From: Takakia lepidozioides
Lineage: Eukaryota; Plantae; Bryophyta
Assembly (NCBI GenBank): GCA_030704615.1
Contig: CM060731.1
Span: forward strand, 73,098,001 to 73,162,000
DNA length: 64,000 nucleotides
Reading direction: 5' to 3'
In this document: piece after piece, positions 26,198-35,901 of the stretch
How positions within the stretch are numbered: the stretch's first letter is position 1
How the letters are laid out: each line of letters starts with the position of its first letter
Translations under genes and position numbers: made by a program
The notes under the pieces: generated by a model
What the model saw: the letters and a program-made list of their open reading frames with translations, nothing else
Told to the model about the DNA's origin: nothing
The model's database searches: none

Positions 26198-28769
26198 GAC
26201 TGCAAAGGTGATTTCTGCGTGTTCCTGCATTTCAATATCTTTTTCCTGATGTGTGATCTGTTTCATTTTCAAATCGAATGACTGCCTGGATTTTGTGTGT
26301 GTGATTCAGGTACATGTATCATGTCCTCATACCGGGAAAGTACCTTAGCGATGACCCAGACTTCATCTACTCATGGGCTGACCCCTCCAATGACAAGGAC
26401 AATGTACACGGCTGGTATTGCCAGAGACTGGAGCAGGGCGCACTTCAGAGACTGTGGGTGGTACCTCGACCTGCCAAAACAAGACACACCATTCAATGAA
26501 GTTGTTTTGAGAAACCTGAACGACAACGCCGCAGCAATTGCCCCACTGGCTGCAAAAGAGCCCGAGAAATCTGCTACTCCAAAACGAAAGGGTTAGATTG
26601 TCGGGGATCCAAAGGGGAAGGGGAAAAGTGCAGCTCCTCAAGGACAGGGACCGTCAGAGGTCCCTGAAAGACAGCCTTCTCCAACTAGGAGGGATAGGAG
26701 AACATCAAAGTCGAGGGAGCAGCTTTCGAGGCGAGAGAACATCCCTCCAGGGTTTTGGACAGTTCAATCGTCAGGTGCTGAATGAAAGTTTTCTTGCAAT
26801 GATGGAGTCCAGGAAGTCCACATTCAAGGGGTGCCCTCGAAATCATGGGACATGCTTGTTTCATTCCTCACTCAGGTAAGCACATACGTCTTAACTATTG
26901 TATGAGTGATTTTGGTTTGGCCACTTGTTCTGACTTGTCCAGGGTGTTGATCTCGTGCTGGATTTGGATTTGGCTTCTTACACTGTCTCTGTTTTTGCTG
27001 AAGGTCACAAAAAGTCCGGATTGGGTGAATGGAGTTCAGCAGGCATACGCGACTGACCTCGTGGTGCTGGACATTCCTGACGGTTTTCCTGTCCCTGATG
27101 TGTTCCCTTCCAATTCGACCCCGACTTGGAACAAATCGGATTCTCGTTACTAGCAGTGGGCTTTCTCACTCAGCAACAAATTCCTTTCTGACTCGGGGCT
27201 CTTCTTCTCATGCAGTCAAAGGACACGTCGGCACGAAGAACTCTTTTCAGCTACATGAAAGCTTCCGGGGTTTCGTGTCATCAAAACTTGGACATGCATC
27301 AATACTCTGCCTCTTACGAAGGGCGAGTTCCCGGGGCAGAAAGTGAGTTGGTTCCTTTCAATTAAAGTTCATGGTTTTTCAGTAAATCAAAAGGTAGGTT
27401 GTGTCTTTTGCCTCATGCTCTCTTCGTGATTATTGACAGACTCGAGTGTTCGAAGCTTTGTGCCTGGTGAGGCGGAATGACACTCTTCCTCCTGGTGTTG
27501 CTGAGTTCCAGTTGAGGGACCTTGCAGCTCACATTGACCCCACCTGCGAGCCTGTGGAGGATGATGTTATCTTCAATTACGTCGACTCGGGTCGAACTAT
27601 GAAAAGGTCGATTGGTGTCCCTTGGAGAGGTGCACGGGAGAAATCTCTAGCTTTCATGTAGACTTTGGTGGAGACATGCAGCCGTCATGGTGGACGAGTG
27701 GTTGACTTGTCTATGGGCACAGGTGGGGCCCTTCACATTGTGTTTGACATATAGGCAGTGACCTTAGGGAAGCCCTGTTTTGATTTCTCGTTCGTCTTGG
27801 ATTTGCAGGAGCATCTTTTCATGCTTGCAAGAGCGCCGGAAGGCACTTCTTTGGCATGGATGCTGATACGGAGCTCTTCTCAAGCGAGCTTCGTCAGCTT
27901 GAGTCCGACACTACTTTTTCCCCATCCACACAGGGACTTCTGGAGGAGCCCGAAGCGCCTGAGGAGGATCTCGACGTGGACTCTGATTTTGAGTGTGAGT
28001 AAGTTCGGGTTAGTCGTGCAAATATGTTGCATTTACTTGTGTCATTCCCGTTTGACAGATGGTTGCTTACATGGTCTATATCTGGATGCTAACATCTACC
28101 ACCATTCCTCTTCTTGCTTTCCAGAGTTCGGCACCAGTCATCGAATCAGCAGACACCCTTCGGTTTCCAAGGATACTACATGTCCCCGAGTCCCCCTAGA
28201 GCTTACCGCTTGCCGGTTTACGCTGAAGCTTGCGCACGGGTGTTATCCCAACAATCAATGTATTCGCATCTACATGAAGGTCGTGGAAAAAAAAAACGTC
28301 GCGGATGTGCTGCTGTATTCATAGATGATATTGCTGTAAACTTTGGAAGTGGTTCCTCTGAAACCTCCAATAGTTCTTGAGGTTCAAGTACCGAGGCTCA
28401 ATAAATTGTGTTTTGGTTTTGCTTCCATCCCCAAACTGTTTTTCTAGTTCTTTGCGCGTTCCCGTAAGTACAGTTAGGGATTGCCTGGGGTAGGTCTTCG
28501 GAATCCGGAATTGAAAAATGTTTGTGGGTTGGAATGAATGTACTGCTTTGCAAAACAAAAGGGTTTGCTTTTAATAATCAGTTCTCTAGTCTCATTCCAA
28601 AGGGATGACCTCAATCATAAACCATCTGCAAACCTGCCATTGTTCTCGGCTAGAAAGAATATTCATGTGGGGGCAATGAAGAGGGATAAAAAATAAGGAT
28701 CCGCAGTAATAGGGGAAGCCAGGGGGAAAGCACGGTATTAAGGCCTGAACACGTGGATGCTTGCTTACG

Positions 28770-29030
28770 TGGCGTGAGCGAAGCCGGGCTCACAGGCTCA
28801 CAGGCTCACGTGGTCAGGCTCACGCGCAAGCATCCCCCGCTGTAGCATACTATCCCAAATCAATCCAGGACCATTGTCTCAAAAAACATGAGACGAGGGA
28901 AAGCTCATGAGCGTAGGCAAGGCCGCAGCGTAGCTACGGCGTGAGCCCAGCCCCGTGAGCCTGGGAGCTGAGCTCACGTTGAAGCTGCAAAGCGTGAGCT
29001 GAGCTCACACTTTAGGGAAGCGTGAGCGGC
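28770..29030. repeat. Cluster of GTGAGC/GCTCAC motifs in both orientations between the two convergent genes
   Basis: About 10 copies of gtgagc/gctcac in ~260 bp. Confidence 0.7.
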
Positions 29031-29342
29031 ACAAATCTGCTGGAGAAGCAGGTCCTATAGGCGAGGATTGCAGGAAGAGGGCCTATTACCATGGACAAAA
29101 CAAAGGGGGCCACCATGCACCGTGTCTGCAATGCCTGCACAAAAAGAGGAATATGAAAATATGGCAGATTTGAGCTCAGAATGATTGACACACTTTATTT
29201 GAATTCACAGATAGACGCTTACAATGAATGGCATGTGCATTTGCCCTGGTTCCGTGAACGAAATGTATGTGTTTGTCATAAATGCAAAGTCTTCACACGG
29301 TAACCTGGAAACCAGCATGGGAAGCGGGCATGGCTCGTATGT

Positions 29343-30555
29343 TCAAAGAGAATTTGGCGGAGCCCCACGTGAGGTGTCCCGCTGCAGAAGGGTGATGACT
29401 TCTCCGTAGCCTAGTGTGGCTTGGTGAATGAATTGGTCTCTCTTACCGTCGCAACACATAATTACAAGATATATGTAATATTGATGCTTGCAGAGGATCC
29501 ACTTCCCTCTCATGCCGAGAGCGCCCTCACGCATCGTTACAAAATCCGGACAAGTGCATTTAGGGAAATTCCCCACGGTAACCTGATATTCTTTGCCATG
29601 AAAAATTGAGCCAATAGACAGCACTGTGTAAATCCGTCCATACCCCGGGGTAGGGACTTCGGTGATACGAGTCACCCGAGCCTGCAAAATTCTAGCCGAT
29701 TCCATCTTGCATTTGTGATTTGCACCCGATTCGTCATCAGCGATTAGCGCTGTTTCTCAGCCGAGGGCAAGAAATATTCACGCACTTGCAATGCCCAACG
29801 CAAACCGACCTTCGAAATTTCAATCCAATGTCGTTGTGGATGTTCGATGTTTTTGTCATGCACCAAGGGTGTCCGTCATGTTTCTTGTCCATGCCTTGCA
29901 GAAGCCTAGCCAGTCCACTGGAAGACGTGGGAGGGTTGAGCTCAAACAAGATGTCCCCATCAAAGTTTGTTGGCACGTATTGAACCCGCTGCACACGAAG
30001 GGACTCCCAATCAACAAAACGCAGCTCGCTCTTGCACCCAGGCACCCCTGCGAGGGCTTTCAATTTCGGAATGACACTCGTTATCTCCTGCAATTCGTCA
30101 TCATCCAAGATGGGAGTCTGCACTGGCGGAGGAATCTCAGAAACATCCTCCGAGGACGAGTCTGAAAGAGTCACGAATGTAGTGGATGTGCTCACCTCTT
30201 GTTTCACATGAACTGTGCCCTTCTGCTGCACGACTGATGCTGCAGTGCCAGGGGTAACTACTGATCCTGCTGATTGTCTTCTCTCTTTTCCAAGGACACA
30301 GGATGTGCCTGGAAGGACTCTCCACTTCCTTCCACACTCGCCAACCAATGGTTTCTCCAAGTGCCCAGAATCCAAATTCCCATCCTCGTCATACACCTCT
30401 TTTTGAACAAGCAGAGAACCCAATTCCAGCGGGAACACTGTAACCAGCTCATCCTCATGAACAACTGCAAACCCATTGTCATCTGTAGTGGTAGTCAGTG
30501 GAAGACTACCTGCATTGGAATGAAATTGAGCAAGTCTATCTTGCTCCCTCGACAT
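29343..30555 (-). pseudogene. Internally deleted transposase-like gene: GCM/WRKY-like DNA-binding domain joined to a SWIM zinc finger
   Basis: DGHPWCMTKTSNIHNDIGLKFRRSVCVGHCKCVNISC resembles the GCM core (WAMRNTNNHN..LKKSCLG..C...C). YQVTVGNFPKCTCPDF...CKHQYYI is a SWIM CxC-n-CxH motif. Frame break near 29740. Confidence 0.65.
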
Positions 30556-30924
30556 GTTTTCCTCCACTGACCAAAAATTGCGATTCACAACGGAATCCCC
30601 GAACTGATAGCCCGTAATTCTCGAAAGGGGATCCACCACAAACAAACTGAGGTCAATAAGGTTAGCACTAACCCAAAGACTGTGGGCGATGCCTGCAAAG
30701 GATGTAGGAATGTGAATGACATGCACCGAACTTCGCAGACAACCACACTGAGAGACACCAACCAGAAAAACTGTTTAGGGTGACAAGAAGCCACAAGAAG
30801 CCGTGTTGTATTTGGATGAAAAACAAACCCTAAACATGACATGAAAACCATCAATTATGGAAAGACGACAACAACCCTAGAGAGCAGTAAACAGGAAGAC
30901 CCCGAATGTAATGAGGTTGTGTTG

Positions 30925-31610
30925 TGCACCTTGTCATTGTTTTTTTCATTTGGAATCGGCCTCATAGGGTATCTCTTTGAGCTTCAATGCACACTTACCT
31001 GGCAGCTCTAGCAGTGTGTGTCAACGCACTGTTTGAGCCCACCTTGTCATTTTTTTTCATTTGGAAATCGGCCTCATAGGGCATCTCTTTGTTGTTCAAT
31101 GCACACTTACCTGGCAGCTCCAGCAGTGTGCGTCAACGCACACTATTTGAGCCCACCTTGTCATTGTTTTTTTTCATGTGAAAATCGGCCATATAGGGCA
31201 TCTCTTTGAGCTTCAATAAACACTTACGTGGTAGCTCCAGCAACGTGCGTCAATGCACACTGTTTGAGCCCACCATGTCATTATATTTTTAATCTGAAAA
31301 TCGGCCACATAGGGCATCTCTTTGAGCTTCAATGCACACTTACGTGGCAGCTCAAATAGTGTGCGTCAACGCACACTGTTTGAGCCCAACTTGTCATTGT
31401 TTTTTTCATGTGAAAATTGGCCACATAGGGCATGTATTTGAGGTTCAATGCAGACTTACCTGGCAGCTCAAACAGTGTGCGTCAACGCAAACTGTTCCAG
31501 CCCACCATGTCATTGTTTTTTTTATATGAAAATCGGCCACATAGGGCATCTCTTTGAGCCTCAATACACACTTACGTGGCAGCTCAAACAGTGTGCGTCA
31601 ACGCACACTG
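30925..31610. repeat. Tandem array of six ~115-118-bp units, each containing CAGTGTGCGT-CA-ACGCACACTG or a close variant
   Basis: Palindromes near 31012, 31124, 31243, 31358, 31473 and 31589; unit also carries aaatcggccacatagggcatctctttgagcttcaatgcacacttac. Confidence 0.95.
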
Positions 31611-31612
31611 GG

Positions 31613-31847
31613 GATGTTGGTGTAGCTGCTGGTGTCGCCGCTGCCCTTGTGCCTCTGGTGATGGAGACATAGTCAAGTGACCAATATTGTCGTCACTCCT
31701 TAATCTCCACCTCATTTCCCCGCCTAAACTCATGGTAGTCATCCATAGGCGGCCCGTCAAGTTGCTGAAACAACCCTTTCCATGTCATAAAAGGCGTAAA
31801 CAGTTGTGGATTGCGCATCTACTGCAAATCACACCAACTATCAAACT
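31613..31847 (-). pseudogene. E3: inverted gag fragment of a relative of the same Ty3 family (part downstream of the E2 insertion site)
   Basis: Minus strand reads FDSWCDLQ*MRNPQLFTPFMTWKGLFQQLDGPPMDDYHEFRRG and continues the gag piece at 43823-43917. Confidence 0.85.
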
Positions 31848-32196
31848 TGTCAAGTTAAATAAGCACAGTGTGAAACTAACTAGAATAAAGCTAGTTATTT
31901 GTATTTAACACTTGGATTTAGGTCAAGTGTTAAATTAGGTGTCAAGTTTAGTTTGACACCTGAACTGTCTTATCTTCACGAGAGCGTCAGTCGCGCAGCT
32001 CATCTCTCTCGAGTTGAGCCTGCGCGACCGAGCTCCTTCATCGTTTAGAAGCTGAGTGCGCTTATGATGGGAGGATAGGTTGTTGTGGGGTGGAGTCCCC
32101 ATAGCTTGGGGTGCCTCTGGCTCGACTTCTATTTTAAAGAGTGATGGTGTTGGTTTTGTGTTTCTCTTGTTATTTGAGTTTAGTTCTTTCTTATCA
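31848..32196 (+). repeat. Terminal repeat A1
   Basis: Near-identical to 43385-43737 and similar to 15363-15712. Confidence 0.95.
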
Positions 32197-32210
32197 CTCG
32201 AGAGAGATGA
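32196..32210 (+). promoter_or_regulatory. Putative self-priming primer-binding site
   Basis: actcgagagagatga is the exact reverse complement of tcatctctctcgagt at 32000-32014 inside A; no TGG-initiated tRNA PBS present. Confidence 0.65.
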
Positions 32211-32519
32211 CCTCTTACCTGTGAGTGCAAGGTAGGAGTTGAGGGTTAGCACTTGTATGATTATCTGTGTGTAAGTAGTGCTTAGTTTGAGAAGCTTTAA
32301 AAAACAAAACAAAACAAAAATGCAGGTTTCGATCATCTCTGGTTTCTGGGTATATAGATGGTCCATGGAGGCAGGCTGCATGTCAAGCAGGGGCAAAGAA
32401 CTGGTGTCTTTCCACTGGTAAGGATAGCGTTGGTTTTGGCATAAGGCCACAGGGGCAGGACGGAGCTATACTGCGGGGAAGCAGCCTTCCTTCTGGTCAG
32501 TAAGGGCATGAACAGCTCA

Positions 32520-32720
32520 CAGTGGGTGTGGCAAGCATTGGCGAAGCCAGAGCTGGCCAGGCAAGTTCTTGATGTGAAACTGCTGAAGACCATAGGTATT
32601 GACAAGCAGCTGCTGCAGCTGATGGATGTGGCCATGCTTTGCACACACGAGGTGCCTGATAGATGCCCCTCCATGCAAGACGTGCTAAAGGTGCTCATTG
32701 GAATCCAGCACCAGCAGCGG
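32520..32720 (+). pseudogene. Captured C-terminal fragment of a receptor-like kinase (subdomains X-XI) inside E2
   Basis: WVWQAL...ARQVLDVKL...QLLQLMDVAMLCTHEVPDRCPSMQDVLKVL matches the RLK pattern vA.lCt...p..RPsM.dV.k.L. Confidence 0.75.
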
Positions 32721-34470
32721 TAAAGTGGGTTCTCGTTTCTTCCTCTGCTCGAGCTCTTTCGAGCAAAGAAAAAGCAGTGCCTCGACATTTGAATCGAAGA
32801 CCAGTGTCTTGTATCTCTCATGTCATGTTTCTTGAAACTGATTCTATTTATGTGGCGAGCTTAGTGCTTGTGAACTGCGGGCTGCGTTTCCTACGCTTTA
32901 TGCAAGAATAAGCAATCAACATAGGATACGGTTTTAGAGGCGCAGCTATGTGATTCAGGAAAACAGATCTCTCTCTGTCGAATGAAGTTCCCGTGGAGGG
33001 GGTGAGCACGACAGGCTGCAAGGGGTCGGATGAGAGAGATGGCGATCATTAGCATCAAGCTGGCTGGACATGGTGGTGTGGACACAAGTAGTGGAAGTAC
33101 TTCACGGACATGGTTTTCTGCTCCACAACAGACATCCATAAAAGGAAACACAAAAGCCAGAGAGGGATTGTGCACCACGTGCACTTCAAGTGTCCTACTC
33201 CAGGTTTGCAAAAACAAGTGTTCCTGACTGTGCACCACATTCGTTGACAGTAAGTGTGCTGTTCAATCGGACCTCGTCCTTTTGGAGGTGTGCAGGATAA
33301 TACAGTTAATCTCCCACATCGTTATAGTTCAGCTGAAGGTGTTCAAGAGCTGTTGAAGAAGGGGGACGAAGCTCACGTTGACTAAAATGCGCAAGGTGTT
33401 CCAGCTCTAGGGAAGGTTTTGATTATGACGATTTGAGAAAGAAGATTTGCAGCTGGGACATACCCGTATGTGCCTGGTTGGGTGATCTGCACAAGTCAGA
33501 GCCATTGCAAGTGAGTCCAGAAGATAGGGCTTCCAATGCTCCAGATGCAGACCTCCTTCCTCCACTTTGTCTTCCGGGAAAGTCTAACACAGATTTCACA
33601 GATGGAATTGCCTGTGAAGAAGGCGTGCCTTTGGTTGGATCGCCTTCTCTCGATGTTCCCACACCGGACCAAGGGCTAGCGGAATAGAGGCAGCGGCTGG
33701 GGAGGGCTGAGCAGGTAGACATTATCCTCCATCTACCCCATTCCCTTTGCAGACATCCACCGTCGACCTGCCTTGCTTTGAGGGTGCTTGTGGATAAGCA
33801 AAATGGCAGAACCACCCCTCACTTCTCTTCCAGCAGAACCAGGAGCTAGTAGGAGCTGACGGGCATCTCTGTTGCATGGCTTTGGAGATTGATGAGCATG
33901 CAAGCTGCTCATGTGCAACCCTTTGATCAGGTCTTTGATCGGCCGAATCGGCCAACACCCCGCACCACCTCCTTGTTCCTGCTTGCTCGCGCAGGCTTGG
34001 CCATCGCTGCCCTCGTCTGCGTCCGCCTTACCTCTCTCCCCTGAGCATACTGAGTTCGTGATTAATGTGAGGCCATTTCTTTCAGGACCAATTGGCCTTG
34101 CGGTTTATGAGTCCAAGGAATTCTTAGGGAACCTGCAGTGAAAAAAAAAACAAAACGTGGGAACAGTTTTTAATGGCGAGAACGTTTTGGGTGTGAAAAA
34201 TTAAAAGAAATTCGTTCTTTGATCTAATTTAAATTAGATAGAGCTTGTTTGGCCATAACTTTGGCCTACCAAGGCCGTTTGACCCAAGACTTGCGCAGGG
34301 ACCTATAGAAAGGGGAAATCTACCTATCTCGACCTGGTTTTTGTTTTTGGGACTCTGCTAAAAATCTATGGAATTTTTAGAGTGTGAGTGTGCAGTGAAA
34401 GATCCACAATTCTGTTTCTAGAACCTGTTCTGGTTTATATGAGAGACAAATCTGTGGATGTCCTCTTTGT

Positions 34471-35219
34471 ATGGCTGGGGGAAATGAGGACGTAATTGAA
34501 GGGCAGGTCTCTTCTCTTAGCTTGTGCACACAAGGGGACAAGATTTATGTTTCTCAAGGAACTCAGATTGATTTGAGTGGAGAGCAGTTGGACGAGTTGA
34601 TTGCATACTGGGAGTCAGGCATTAGCAGTGGACAACAGTTTGCTGTAGTTGGCGTTGAGGGCCTCAATATCGCTTTGGACAGTTAGAACTCTGTTGGAGC
34701 CAACAGTTCTGCAGTTGTAAGGTGAAATACCAAAGTGGGTGAAAGCTAGGCTTGGAACACAGCCAAAGACAGCCCCGGGGACCAAGGTGTTCAGCCACAA
34801 GGCCGTGGTGTATTGGAGTAGAGGAGCAGGAGCTACACAAGTTTGTGCAATCAGACAGCGTTGCAGCCGGACACGCTCTGCACAAGGCAACCACGAGCGG
34901 GGGTTCATTAGCAAGGACAAGTTTGTTCTGTTTGAAGGAGATGTAGTCATTCGCAATGAGAACCAGCAACCGTCTCAAAGCTTTCGAGTTGAGAGACTAT
35001 CAGACCCTACCTTTGTTTTCTTTAGTGTTCAGTGAACGGGAGATAGCAGAGTGTTGCTTTGTCTCTACCTGGCAGAAAGAGGAGGAGGGTTGGTTAGAGC
35101 GAGCTACTGTAACTTGGGACAAGGTTAGTGGCAGGTTTCTGGACATAGATATACCTCCTACACCTTACCATCATGCAGAGCGAGGCACTTTGAGAGAAGT
35201 CTGGCAGTTGATAGCATAG
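34471..35219 (+). pseudogene. Accessory ORF (~250 aa reconstructed) upstream of gag, function unknown
   Basis: Three ORF-track pieces (34471, 34739, 34956) join into a protein matching E1 18046-18570. Confidence 0.55.
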
Positions 35220-35901
35220 ATCAGGATTAGATCTTGCTTAGTCGGGCTTCTATTCTTCCCCTCCCTCTTGTTACTATTTTCATTACTTTGTACTTGTAGT
35301 TGCCAAAGCTTCTCTTGGTGGAGGCCAGTCAGTCCGGGGTTGTGGGCTGGGATATTGTGCAGGATCCGCATTGCAGATGGATTTTGGTGTGGGGGTGTTG
35401 ATGTTTTGATTTCTTGTGTTTGGATCCCCCCCAACACCTGCATGCTTGACTGTGCGCCATGTTGGTTTTGTGTGGGCGCTTGCTTTCATAGGGATTAGGC
35501 CGGATCTGATCACCGGTTAATCCTAGAGTATGCTGTCGGTGGTGAGGTTGGAGTGATGACCAGCAAGACCACCAGTGTTTCTTCTATGGTGAGACTGGGT
35601 TGATGACCAGCCAACCATAGGAGTTCTTGCGGTGGATGCAGGTGCAGGTGCCCTGAGCCACTGGGATATGACCCTTAAACTGCAACAGGTGCCTACTCGT
35701 GTCACTATTAGAATTAGTAATAGAGCCTTATAGTGTCACGTGGGGGAGGTGCACATTGTGAGTGTCATCACGGAGTTACCCAAGGGTTCTGAGGGGAGTA
35801 CGGCTACAGGCAGTAACAGTGAGAGTGGGTTCACCAGACGAGGTGTTTGTTTCAGACCACCTTCACCTCCACCCTCAACTAGTGCAGAGTGAGACACAGA
35901 C

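Larger units (their letters stand above)
22745..28380 (+). pseudogene. Multi-exon ParB/Srx-like domain plus beta-class amino (N4C/N6A) DNA methyltransferase-fold gene, degenerate
   Basis: Approx. exons 22745-23110, 23750-24348, 24423-24612, ~24703-25145, ~25228-25490, 26310-26875, 27004-27342, 27440-27722, 27809-27997, 28125-28380. FFVWDGNHRLLAW (ParB DGxHR); DLVVLDIPD (motif IV-like); REKSLAFM*TLVETCSRHGGRVVDLSMGTG/ASFHACKSAGRHFFGMDAD (motifs X-I-II). In-frame stops and frameshifts. Confidence 0.7.
21274..31612. mobile_element. Putative Mutator-like or related DNA transposon block carrying a ParB-methyltransferase gene and GCM-like/SWIM gene(s), with a terminal tandem array
   Basis: Lies between two broken retroelement pieces. 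GCM-like plus SWIM architecture, convergent accessory gene and palindromic motif arrays. No TIR/TSD pair visible because the left end is lost. Confidence 0.55.

Noticed and set aside
30925-31610. CRISPR-like array of regularly spaced palindromes
   Set aside because: The intervening sequences are also repeated (true tandem units, not unique spacers), no cas genes are present, and the context is eukaryotic.
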